From: Phyllobates terribilis | Lineage: Eukaryota | NCBI RefSeq assembly: GCF_046119375.1 | Contig: NW_027362771.1 | Location: forward strand, 529,604,001-529,668,000 | Length of the DNA stretch: 64,000 nt | Direction of reading: 5' to 3' | In this document: positions 36,491 through 47,566 of the stretch, one piece after another | Layout: every line of letters starts with the position of its first letter | Position numbering within the stretch: position 1 is the first letter of the stretch | Translations under genes and position numbers: made by a program | The notes under the pieces: model-generated | The model's database searches: none | Told to the model about the DNA's origin: nothing | What the model saw: the letters and a program-made list of their open reading frames with translations, nothing else

Positions 36491-37263
36491 TCCTTTCTGT
36501 GTTCTCTTGTCTGTCCTGTCTGAACACGCTCCTAGCCTGTTCCTCTCTGGGGGCCGTATTCCCAGACCCGCTCCTGTATCCCTCTGCAGTGTCGGTCTCC
36601 TCCGTACACTCAGTTCCAGTCTGAACTCTCTCCTGTCCTTTACCTGTTTTGCCTCTATGTCCGTTCCCTTCCTTTTTCTGCAGAGTCTGAACTCGTACCT
36701 AACTCCTGCTTGTTGTCTCTGCAAGTACTGTGTGAGTATCTGGCTCTGTCTTTCCCTTCCTGTCTGTTCCGTGTGAACAGAGCCTTGTCCTCCCTGCTCA
36801 GCCTTGTCTGCACTCTAGCTGTGCTTGCCTGTAACCCTCTGCCTGTATTGTTCCTGAGTCCCGGTGTGTACTGGGTCCTATCCCGCCTGTGTTCCTACCT
36901 GCTAGTGCCTCTCTGTCTGCACTCTAGCTGTGCTTGCCTTTACCCCCCTGCCTGCATACCCGCCTGCCTGCATACCAGTCGTGCCTGCCTATACCCACCA
37001 GTCTGTGTGCCAGCCTACCAGCCTGTTCCTGTATTCCCCTGTGTGGGTCAACAGCCGTGTCCGGGGTCTGTCCTGGAGTAGCACCTGGTCCCTCTGCTCG
37101 GTTCCTCCTTGGTGCACTGGCGTCGTATGCCGTCGTGCGACCCTGGTCGGATCGGGTGAATACTTAGTCACGCCCCTCCAGGCATTCACTCTCCGGCACG
37201 GTCCAGTGGAATCACTACCAATCACACGCACACGCCGCTTAGCCCGGGCGTGTGCATAACAGC

Positions 37264-37273
37264 ATGCTCAGGC
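37264..37273 (+). promoter_or_regulatory. Self-priming-type primer binding site
   Basis: ATGCTCAGGC lies 2 nt after the LTR and is complementary to GCCTGAGCAT at 36143-36152, 30 nt after TATATAG (36113). Confidence 0.8.
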
Positions 37274-37404
37274 CATGGTTCCCGTTGAGCCCCACGGCCT
37301 TCGCTCTTTGAGAAGTTTTTCCAGCGAATACATGCATTAAAATAAAATAAATACATTTTTTTCCCCCTTTAGCTGAGTTCCAGGCGAATTACGCACCCGT
37401 CCAG

Positions 37405-39309
37405 ATGGATCTATCAGCCCTCGTTCCTGCGGATCCGCCACGTTACTATGGGGATCCAAGACAGTGTCGTGCATTTGTGGAGCAATGCATGCTACACTTT
37501 AAGGCCTACCCTCTCTATTTTCCTTCCGATTGGGCTAAAGTGGCCTTTATGATTGACTACCTAGCGGGTGATGCCTTGAAATGGGTCACCCCCCTATGGG
37601 AAGCATGGGATCCTGTCATCCTTGACCTGCAGGCCTTCCTGGTGGCCTTTCGTATGGTCTTCGAGGACCCTAACTCTGAAGCCCCTGCTGAAGCTTCACT
37701 TCCCAATATCCCGGAGCAGCCCCGACGGGTAATGTGTGTGGGTAGCGCAATAGTCCTCCAGCCCAATGAGACTACTGCCCACCCAGAATCCTCACAAGGT
37801 GACTACGCTTTCCGGAATACTTCTCTCAACCTCAAGAGGCAGTCCAGACGTGCTAGACTTAGAGGCAAGCCGTCACGCCAGGGTCTGTCCTCCCTGAGAC
37901 CTCCTGACCCCAACCTTGAAGTCCCTACTGAAGCTTCATCTCCCTGTATCCCGGAGAAACCCCAATGGGTAATGTGCGTGGGTAGTGCACCAGTTCTCCT
38001 GGCCGAAGAGACTTCTGCCCATCCAGACTCCACACAGGAGAACTTCCTGCACCCGGCATCAGATGCTTCTTTCTCTTTAACCGGTGTGCATGTCCAAGGA
38101 TGCTCCAAAGCTGTGGTTACCTCAGAGTCTGTGCACCTCTACTACCTGGCGGAGGATCCCCTGTTGCCTCCTGAACCCTCCGGGATACCACTCGATGACA
38201 AATGGAGAGAGACTTCTCTACACCCGGTACTCAATACTTTGTCCGCTTCGTCCTGTGAGCCTGACAATGGGTACCCCAAAGTGGTAGTTACCTCCGAGTC
38301 TCTACACCCCTCCGACCAGGCGGAGGATCTCCAGTTGTCTCCTGAACCCTTCGGGGTGCTACCTGGTAGCGAAAGGACAGAGACTCTCCTATACTCTGTA
38401 CCTGATACCTCGCTCGCTTCGTCCAGTGAGTCCAACCTAGTGTACTCCGAAGCAGAGGTTACTCCTGAGTCTCTACACCCTTCCGACCAGGCGGAGGACC
38501 TCCAGTTGTGTTCAGAATCCTTCGGGGTGCCACCTGGTGGTGAATGGACAGAGACTTTCCTATATCCTGGATCTGATACCTCGCTTGCTTCGTCCAGTGA
38601 GTCCGACCTAGTGTACTCTGAAGCAGAGGTTACCCGTGAGTCTCTACACCCCTCTGACCAGGCGGAGGACCGCCAGCTGTCTCCAGAACCCTTCGGGGTG
38701 CCACCTGGTGGTGAATGGACAGAGACTTTCCTATACTCGGTACCCGATACCTCGCCTGCTTCCTCCAGTGAGTCCGACCTAGTGTACTCTGAAGCAGTTG
38801 TTTTCTCTGAGCCTCTGCACTCTTCTGACCCGGCGGAGGACCTCCAGTTGTTTCCTGAATCCTCCGGGATACCACCAGATAACAAAGAGACAGTGACTTT
38901 TCCTCATTATGTACCTGATAACCCGTCTATTTCTTCCTGTGAGCTTGACAAGATGTACCTCGAAGCAGAGATTACCCTTAAGTCTCTGTCCCCCTCCAAC
39001 CCAGTGAACGACTGGTCCTCGAATTCCCTGCGGAAGATTCTGGCAGGCCTGAAGAAGAGGGGGCGTAAGGGGGGAGGTACTGTAACATACCTGGCGGCGT
39101 CCTTGCATGGTGGTCCATCTCCCACTGTGCAAGAGGGCGCACTTGATCTCCTGTCCAGAATGTCTCTCTGGCTTCCCTCCATGCTGTCTGTTTGTGTCTG
39201 TTTCTGCTGCTTAAGGGCGGCGCCCGATCACTTCCTGCCTTTTGTACCTGCTGTGGGTCACACCCCTTGTGCGTCCTCAGCCTATTGCTGTCTGTCACTT
39301 GGTATATAG
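37405..39309 (+). CDS. 634-aa Ty3 capsid-like protein fused to acidic Ser/Pro/Glu tandem repeats, running into the 3' LTR
   Basis: PPRYYGDPRQCRAFVEQCMLHF...KVAFMIDYLAGDALKW matches the gag at 18421-19155; five 57-aa repeats; no stops. Confidence 0.8.
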   Translation: MDLSALVPADPPRYYGDPRQCRAFVEQCMLHFKAYPLYFPSDWAKVAFMIDYLAGDALKWVTPLWEAWDPVILDLQAFLVAFRMVFEDPNSEAPAEASLPNIPEQPRRVMCVGSAIVLQPNETTAHPESSQGDYAFRNTSLNLKRQSRRARLRGKPSRQGLSSLRPPDPNLEVPTEASSPCIPEKPQWVMCVGSAPVLLAEETSAHPDSTQENFLHPASDASFSLTGVHVQGCSKAVVTSESVHLYYLAEDPLLPPEPSGIPLDDKWRETSLHPVLNTLSASSCEPDNGYPKVVVTSESLHPSDQAEDLQLSPEPFGVLPGSERTETLLYSVPDTSLASSSESNLVYSEAEVTPESLHPSDQAEDLQLCSESFGVPPGGEWTETFLYPGSDTSLASSSESDLVYSEAEVTRESLHPSDQAEDRQLSPEPFGVPPGGEWTETFLYSVPDTSPASSSESDLVYSEAVVFSEPLHSSDPAEDLQLFPESSGIPPDNKETVTFPHYVPDNPSISSCELDKMYLEAEITLKSLSPSNPVNDWSSNSLRKILAGLKKRGRKGGGTVTYLAASLHGGPSPTVQEGALDLLSRMSLWLPSMLSVCVCFCCLRAAPDHFLPFVPAVGHTPCASSAYCCLSLGI

Positions 39310-39411
39310 CTCAGCAGCTCCCTTCTATCCCTGCCTGAGCATAGTGTTTCCTTCAGTGTGTGCTTGCACTCTGAAGGTGCCAGGTCCCGTCTCTTGTCTC
39401 CTGCTTTTTGT

Positions 39412-39778
39412 ATCAGTTCCCGTGTCTGAACTGAGTCCTGTATGTCTCCTGCTTTGCGGTATCAGCTCCCGTGTCTGAACTGTGTCCTGTATGTCTCCTG
39501 CTTTGCGGTATCAGCTCCCGTGTCTGAACTGAGTCCTGTATGTCTCCTGCTTTGCGGTATCAGCTCCCGTGTCTGAACTGAGTCCTGTATGTCTCCTGCT
39601 TTGCGGTATCAGCTCCCGTGTCTGAACTGTGTCCTGTATGTCTCCTGCTTTGCGGTATCAGCTCCCGTGTCTGAACTGAGTCCTGTATGTCTCCTGCTTT
39701 GCGGTATCAGCTCCCGTGTCTGAACTGAGTCCTGTATGTCTCCTGCTTTGCGGTATCAGCTCCCGTGTCTGAACTGAC
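39412..39778. repeat. 49-bp tandem repeat in the 3' LTR (8 anchors)
   Basis: GTGTCTGAAC from 39422 to 39765 at 49-bp spacing. Confidence 0.95.
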
Positions 39779-40865
39779 TCCTTTCTGTGTTCTCTTGTCT
39801 GTCCTGTCTGAACACGCTCCTAGCCTGTTCCTCTCTGGGGGCCGTATTCCCAGACCCGCTCCTGTATCCCTCTGCAGTGTCGGTCTCCTCCGTACACTCA
39901 GTTCCAGTCTGAACTCTCTCCTGTCCTTTACCTGTTTTGCCTCTATGTCCGTTCCCTTCCTTTTTCTGCAGAGTCTGAACTCGTACCTAACTCCTGCTTG
40001 TTGTCTCTGCAAGTACTGTGTGAGTATCTGGCTCTGTCTTTCCCTTCCTGTCTGTTCCGTGTGAACAGAGCCCTGTCCTCCCTGCTCAGCCTTGTCTGCA
40101 CTCTAGCTGTGCTTGCCTGTAACCCTCTGCCTGTATTGTTCCTGAGTCCCGGTGTGTACTGGGTCCTATCCCGCCTGTGTTCCTACCTGCTAGTGCCTCT
40201 CTGTCTGCACTCTAGCTGTGCTTGCCTTTACCCCCCTGCCTGCATACCCGCCTGCCTGCATACCAGTCGTGCCTGCCTATACCCACCAGTCTGTGTGCCA
40301 GCCTACCAGCCTGTTCCTGTATTCCCCTGTGTGGGTCAACAGCCGTGTCCGGGGTCTGTCCTGGAGTAGCACCTGGTCCCTCTGCTCGGTTCCTCCTTGG
40401 TGCACTGGCGTCGTATGCCGTCGTGCGACCCTGGTCGGATCGGGTGAATACTTAGTCACGCCCCTCCAGGCATTCACTCTCCGGCACGGTCCAGTGGAAT
40501 CACTACCAATCACACGCACACGCCGCTTAGCCCGGGCGTGTGCATAACACTAGGGCCTTCGATCCTTGGCGTCGGGAGGATGTGTTCCATTCCAAGGTCT
40601 GACTGGGTCCTGGCTTCCACTAGGTTAACCCAGTGTGCCATCAGTGAGATGTACCGTCCCTGCCCACAAGCACTTGTCCACGTGTCCCTGGTTAGGTGGA
40701 CTTTCCCTATAACTGCATTGTTGAGGGAACGGCTAATGTTTTCGGACACGTGCTTGTGTAATGCGGGGACGGCACACTGGGAGAAATAGTGGCGACTGGG
40801 GACCGAGTACTGAGGAACGGCCGCCGCCATCAGGTTGCGGAATGCATCCGTCTCCATGAGCCTTA

Positions 40866-41698
40866 GGCTATGTGCCCACGATGCAGAAATGAAGCAGAAA
40901 ATTTCTGCAGCATTTCTGCATCTCCCTGGCAGAAAAAACGCATGCAGATTGTGCATGCGTTTTTCCTGCAGAATACATGCGGATTCACATGCGTACCCAC
41001 ATGCGTTAACGCATGTGTTTCCGCATGCGGACTGACAAGCACTTTCCAAGCGATAGCATCACTTGGAAAGTGCTTGACAACTAGGTCACACTGTATAAAT
41101 CCATGCAAACAGCATGGATTTATATAGTGTGACCGTAAAAATAAAAAAATAAAGTTATACTTACCCCCGATACCCCGCCGCGTGTGCTGTCGCGCTCGTC
41201 CTGGCTTCTTCCGGGTTGCCGGCATCTCGCGAGACAGCCTGCGGTCACATGACCGCGACGTCATCTCAGGTCCTGGAAGGTAAGCGCTGCAGGGGCCGCC
41301 GGACAGGTGAATATAAACTTTATTTATTATTTTATTCTTTTTTTTACAGGTACAATGGTACCCAGGTCTGGATGAGAGTCTCCTCTCCTCCAGAACTGGG
41401 TACCATCCGCACATAGAGACGCATAAAATCCGCTTGTACAAATGTACAGACACGGATTCTATGCGTCTCAATGCAAGTCAATGGCGGCGCTTCCGCTGCG
41501 CTTCCGCAAAATTAATGAACATGCTGCGGATTTATTTGCGCTGTAGAAACGCTGCGGAAAAATCCGGAGCATGTGCATTGACATTGCGGAATGCCATTGG
41601 GGACCATGGGGTGCGGATTACCATGCGTTTTTGATGCGTTTCCGCTGCGGAAATTCCGCAGCATAAACGCATGAAAAACGCATCGTGTGCACGCAGTC
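40866..41698. mobile_element. PIF/Harbinger MITE
   Basis: TIR GGCTATGTGCCCACG with degenerate right copy; flanks TTA/TAA; transposase text resumes on both sides. Confidence 0.85.
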
Positions 41699-42984
41699 TA
41701 AAAGGCAACATTTTGAGCGCAAGCAGTCGTGAAATGTGGGAATTTAGTACTGTTGCCTCTGGGGCGTTGGCTGCGTATTTGCACTTGCGTTCCAAGGAGT
41801 GGGGTATGGACAACTGAACGCTGCGCTGGGACAAGGACGTGGACGTGCTTCCTGATGTTGCTACTTGAGAGTGTGCAATGACAGGTGCAGGGCAGGAGGC
41901 ATCTTCGCATGCACCATGGACAGGGGATTGGCTTGCATGTACAACAGCGGAAGAAGCAGTGGTGCCACCCGTAGACACTGTTCCTGGACCCTGGGGTTCG
42001 GCCCACAAAGTCGGGTGCTTTGCTGCCATGTGCCTGATCATGCTGGTGGTGGTCAGGCTGCTCATTTTGCCACCCCTGCTGATGCCAGCCTGGCAGGTGG
42101 TGCAAATGGCCTTTTTGAGGTTATCGGCAGAATCTTTAAAAAACAACCAGACTCGGGAAGACCTAACAGTTCTACTGGCAACTTCCTTCGTGTTGGTGTT
42201 ACGGGGAATGGTTGCCTGCCTTCTGTCTGCGGCCACCGCACTGCTTCTTCCTGCCTGTTGGGGTGCTCTGCCTCCCTCCCCCTGTGAGCTGCTCTCCTCG
42301 CTCTGCATGTCCTCCTGCCAGGTTGGGTCAGTTACTATATCATCCACCACCTCGTCTTCCACTTCCGCAGTCTGGTCCTCCTCCTGACTTTCTGGCAATT
42401 GTGTCTCAACATTGTCCACCTCTTGTGACACCTTCCCACGGTCGCCTTTGTGTGTCCGTGGCTGCTCAAATATTTGGGCATCGCTACATGCGATCTCCTC
42501 TTGCCCCGCTTCAAGTGGACCGGATGAGAGGCCCGAATCTATAAATGGGAAAGTGAACAGCATTTTGGAGTGTCCAAGTGTGGGATCAGTTGTCTCTGGG
42601 CACTCGGCATGGTGTGAGGAAGGAGGTTCAGGGTGAGGAATATGCAGTCCAGACTCACAGCTACTGAGACTTGACTGTGTGGAAGAGAAGGTGGTGGTGG
42701 TGGTGGCTAAGTGACTGGAAGCATTATCTGCTATCCAACCAATAACCTTTTCACACTGCTCTGTGTTCAATAGTCGTGTTCTGCGGTCCCCAATTAATTG
42801 GGACAGGAAGGCCGAGCAAGAAGATGTGTTTGTTGTGGCACAATTTCAGCTTGCCCACGGCCTCGGCCTCTGCATGCACCATCACCATCACGTCCAGTTT
42901 CCTGTCCCTTGCCACGTGCCTTGCCCATTTTACATGGAGGACAATATCTTCCACACTCACTACAAATGACTGAATTTGGAGCGA

Positions 42985-43335
42985 ACTTATATGTGATCTG
43001 TGTGACGGACAAACCACAGTTTTAAATACATGGCCTGTAGGTAACTATTTTGAACAGCAACCTGGTGTCAATAGCTTCACTGACACACTGAAAATTTTTT
43101 TAATGGAGGCCAGAAATGGCAGTATTTTCTGAAAACGTATATGTGATCCATGTGACGGAGAAAACACAGTTTTAAATACCTGGCCTGTAGGTAATTATTT
43201 TGAACAGCAAACTGGTGTCAATAGCTTCACTGACACACTGAAAAAAATTTTTAATGGAGGCCAGAAATGGCAGTATTTTCAGCGCAATTATATGTGATCC
43301 GTGTGACGGACAAACCACAGTTTTAAATAGCTGGA
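42985..43335. repeat. About 150-bp tandem repeat (2.3 copies) upstream of the transposase
   Basis: TGTGATC anchors at 42992, 43142, 43293. Confidence 0.8.
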
Positions 43336-43661
43336 TTTTTAGCGCTGTAATATGGAAAGGACGTGGCTGTGTTCTGCAGTGCCAAGAAGCAAATGGCTCA
43401 GAAAAACGGTGCTCTCTGGATTGCTTTTTAAGCAAATAATGAGGATTAAGATCCAAAAAAAATTATTCCTGGCCCCTGAGACCTGGGCCTATTTCTAGAA
43501 ATATCTGACAGCAGCAGCAGCAGACAAAAATGGAATGGAACCTCTTGTGCTATGTACACTGCAGTCTGCTATATACCCTGCCTGCCAGCCTATATACACT
43601 GCCTGCCAGATATCTCTGCAGATGGATTAGTCCTCAGAAGGACTGTTTGTTGAGATGAAGA

Positions 43662-44904
43662 TGACGAGCCCCCTGGGCCGTGGGGTACTCGGTGCCAGGC
43701 CGGTCGTTGCTAAGGGAGATGTCACAGTGACGGTGACCCAGTCCGTGACCCAGGGCGGTCATTCAAAAGGCGATTTTTATAGGGGATTTATGTACAAAGT
43801 TCGTGACCCCACCTGTGGTATGCAGCTAAAGGGAGCGGCTGCTGCAGAGCAAGTCCTCTGGAGCTGATGTTAGTGCAGCAAAGCTGGTGTGGCTCTCCAC
43901 AGGTAGAGCTTAGCTCCAGGGTAGTGTAGATGTAATAGGTGATGCTGGGCATTGTAGTGCAGGGGTGATGGCGCAGATAATAATCACAGAGACAGTGGGG
44001 TGCAGTCTTCCGAGTTTACTCACAGTTGTTAAGTTCCTCAGGTTACAGGTTCCGGACTACAGCCTCCCACGTCGTGCTGCGTTCACCAGGCAGGGGTTCA
44101 GCAATCCCTCAGGTAATTCAAGAGTGCCTGACAGGACCCCGTTCTATGTGCCTTCCTCAGTCGTCTTCCTGCGCTGGCTCTCAGCCTCCTGCCCTGCGCC
44201 TCACAATCAGTGTCCCAATCCGGTAGCCTCGGGTCTTGTCGGGCGACCTGCAGTCCCCTGGACCCTCTGTGGCCACCTTTTCGGCGATATAATTGTGGTT
44301 GTGGCCACTGCACCTTGCAAGTACTGCAGCCTCCGGTTCATAGCTGAGCCTTGTAGTTCTCCACTAGTTTAGGGGCCGGTCCCCTCTGCGGCTCGATCCC
44401 TCCACCGCCTGGCAGATTCGGGCGTACGGGTGGCCTCCAGCACTTCCCGTACCCCTGGGATCCCTTCTGTTCCGGGAGACTTTCTCCTGCTCCCTCACCT
44501 CTCTCAGTCCTAGGCCTCTCCTCAGGCCTGCTCCGGAGCAGAGCTCGTGCAGAGCCCCTGCTCCCCTCACTTTCCTCCTCCAACTGAACACACTGACTGG
44601 ACTGAGCTCACTCTCCAAGATGGTTCCCCTTTTTATACAGCTTCCTTTCATGCTCCCCTAATCTACTTCCTCCACCCACACCCACTACATGGTTCCCCCT
44701 TACTTGGTTCCCCTCCACTCCAGCCAGGGATCAGGGACTGTGCTCTCCCCTAGGAGCAATCTCGCCCTGCCCTACTGAAGTGGACTTTTTGGATGCAGGT
44801 GTTAGGGTCCCGGGCAGCACTCTATCCTTACCTGAGAGTGGGATACCACACCTCTGTGTGAGATGCAGTACCTCTGTGGCGACTGAACCCTCAGGGGCGC
44901 CACA
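43662..44904 (-). mobile_element. Solo LTR of the CSD-associated family
   Basis: TGTGGCGCCCC...GGGGGCTCGTCA on the minus strand; no clean TSD (AAGA vs GATA). Confidence 0.85.
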
Positions 44905-47098
44905 GATATGTGTCTCTAATATAGTTTGGTACACCTACACTAACTAGAAACAAGCAAATCTCTCCCTAGCTCAGTAGCACCTCTCCCTACACTGTCTGAT
45001 TCCAGAGTGACTGTGACGAGCATGGTGGCACCCGATCTTATATACACCTGCTCTCGCTGTGCGGCCAGCCAATCACTGTAATGCCACAACCAACATTGCT
45101 GCTGCATTACAGTGCGTGGCAGACGATCCCTGCATGTTCATTGGCTCTGTAAAGAGCGCCAAACATGCAGGGAGTGGACCCGAGCTCCTGCCGAGCAACC
45201 CCGGAAATACTCGGCAAGCGCCGAGCATCTCGAGCAGTGAGATCCTCGAGCAAGCACCGAGCAGTAGCGAGCATGTTCGCTCATCACTACTGGTGACGCG
45301 CCCCCTGGGGCCGTGGGGTACTCGATTGCCAAGCCGGTCCTTTTTGGGGTAGTCACGATGGCAGTGACCCGGTCCGTGGCCCAGGGCGGTCAATAATTAA
45401 AGTCAGTCAATTGGGGGAATAAAGAAAAGGGGAATAAAGTGTTTGGGGACAATGTTCGTGGCGCCACCCGTGGTATGCGGCAATATGTGGCCACCGCTGC
45501 TATTCAGATCCACTGGGGCTGTTGGTGACGCAGCAAAGATGGTTCAGCTCTCCATGGGCAGAGCTAAGCCCCAGGGCAGTATATAGGGCTTGATGAGGTA
45601 GATGTTGTTGGTGTATCGCAAGGCAGGTGGCGTAGTAATTAATTCAAGGACACAGCGGGGTGCAGTCTTCAAGTATTTACTCACAGTTATCAAGATGCTC
45701 CAGGTTACAACTGCCAGATTATAACCGCCCACGTCGTCCCGTGTCCTCCGAGGAAGTGATCCGGCCAACTCTCAGATAACTTGGGTGCACTTGAACGGGA
45801 CCCCTTTCTGTGTACCTCTCCAGGTCGTCTCTCTCTCTGCGCTGGCTCTCGCCCTCCTGCCCTGCGCCTCACACACAGTGTACCGAGCCAGTGGCCGCGG
45901 GCCTTGTTGGGCGATGTCCTGTCTGTCCCCTTTGTCCTGTATGGCCACCTTTTCAGCGATTGTGTGTGGACTGTGGCTACGGCATGTGAAGATACCGCAA
46001 CCTCCGGTTTGCTAGCTGAGCCTTAAAGTACTCCACTAGTCTGGGGCCGGTCCCCTCCTGCGGCCTTGATCCCTCCACGATCAGTGTGAACTCGGGCGCA
46101 CAGGTGGCATCCCGCACTCGCCGTGCCCCTATCATTCCTTCTGCTTCTGGAGCCCTCCTCACTGCTCCGGTCTTCTCTCCTCACTCTCCTCCTGGGCCTC
46201 TCTGGCTGGGCCCTACTCCTCACTCACTGAACTCCTCTGGAACTCCTAACTCCTTCTAGATGTTTCTACCCTTGCTTTTATACTGTTTCTTCAGTGCTCC
46301 CCTAAACTACTTCCTCCACCCACCTCTTCTACTTAGTTCCACCTCCAAACAGGGACCGGGTCTGTGCTCTCCCTCAGGAGTTATCTGGACCCTCCCTCAG
46401 GAATGGTGTAGTGTTGAATGTAAGCGGTTGGGTCCCGGGTAGTGCTCCCTCCTTACCTGAGAGTGGGGTACCACACCTCTGGCTGAGATGCAGTACTTCT
46501 GTGGCAACTGGACCCGCAGGGGCGGCACATTTCCCCCCCGTTAAACACAACACAGAGTAGAAAAACAAGAATTTAAGACATCCAAAATTTTCAGAATGCA
46601 TTCACAGGTAAAGCAGTAAATAGATAACTTTTTCTTCCCTTTATGGGAGGCACTTTTTCTTAAAAGTTACATATAAAACAATATAAGATCACTTTAAATA
46701 ACATTTTATCAAACAAGTCCAACAGGCTGCAGTGAGATCCTTTTCAGGGTGTCCTTCTCACTGGTGTAAGTGCAATGTGGGGGACCCGTCCACAAAAAAC
46801 CCCAACGTAGGCCCTGGGCGTGGCTGCAGGGTATAGCTGATCCACTCGTTGGATCACGTGTTCGGCCTCACCAAACTGTTTTTTGTTCAGTGGTCTATAA
46901 AACCAATAAGAAGCACCTTAAGAAGTGCTAACTTTTTACAATAAAAGTTTTTGGGTTAATCACTGTCCTTAACCATAATGTCCTTTTTCTTAACCAGGTC
47001 CACACAAAACAAACAAAAACTTTTCTTTAAACATACACGGATTATACCAGTACCCTTCCAGGTAACTATATACAGTTTTCTGATCATTTTAACTCAGT

Positions 47099-47257
47099 TC
47101 AGTGCTGGTGCTCCCTCTGGGGAAACATTTGTCCACCACTGGAAGGCCCTGCTGGGTCATCAGCCTCTGATGGCAGGGGCATGTTCTCCTCCACCACCAC
47201 CCTACGCACATGTAGGGTGTACCACCCCCCTTCTCCGTGGTGACGGGTGTAGGTGAC
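47099..47257 (-). pseudogene. C-terminal remnant of a CSD ORF
   Basis: VTYTRHHGEGGWYTLHVRRV, 14/20 identical to VTYTRHKGAKGPYTLHVHRL in 59723-60643. Confidence 0.8.
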
Positions 47258-47566
47258 CCTACTCGGTACTCGGTAGCCGGGCCGGTCCTTTTTGGGGTAG
47301 TCACGATGGCAGTGACCTGGTCCATGGCCCAGGGTGGTCAATAATTAAAGTCAGTCAATAGGGGGAATAAAGAAAAGGGGAATAAAGTGTTTGGGGATAA
47401 TGTTCGCGACGCCACCCGTGGTATGCGGCTATATGTGGCCGCCGCTGCTGTTCAGATACACTAGGGCTGCTGGTGACGCAGCAAAGATGGTTCAGCTCTC
47501 CACGGGCCGAGCTAAGCCCCAGGGCAGTATATAGGGCTTGATGAGGTAGTTGTTGTTGGTGTAGCG

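Larger units (their letters stand above)
35891..40549 (+). mobile_element. Young non-autonomous chromovirus derivative (capsid-repeat ORF only, no pol)
   Basis: LTRs 35891-37261 and 39081-40549 nearly identical; 5-bp TSD CTAGG (35886-35890, 40550-40554); PPT about 39052-39080. Confidence 0.95.
34130..42945 (-). pseudogene. BED-finger hAT transposase (about 1100 aa), interrupted by an LTR element and a MITE
   Basis: BED AICTTC...IRHMAAKH (about 42000-42120); VHLTRDTW; DNG; PCLAH; DVPTRWNST; hATC block CPAASVLSEQVFSAAG; stops and frameshifts. Confidence 0.9.
28766..45289 (-). mobile_element. 16.5-kb hAT (Ac/ZBED-type) transposon with nested insertions
   Basis: TIRs TAGTGATGGGTGAGCA and (reverse) TAGTGATGAGCGAACA; 8-bp TSD CTGGTCAC at 28758-28765, right copy split as CTGG (45290-45293) + TCAC (49694-49697). 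Confidence 0.9.

Noticed and set aside
37405-39309. Domesticated RTL/PEG10-like host gene
   Set aside because: Flanked by near-identical LTRs and a perfect TSD inside a transposase, so it is a recent mobile insertion
36222-39778. Regular 23-, 25-, 31-, 49- and 136-bp arrays as CRISPR arrays
   Set aside because: Head-to-tail units without unique spacers, no cas genes, eukaryotic context
34130-42945. Functional ZBED host gene
   Set aside because: Stops, frameshifts, two insertions, and enclosing TIRs with an 8-bp TSD
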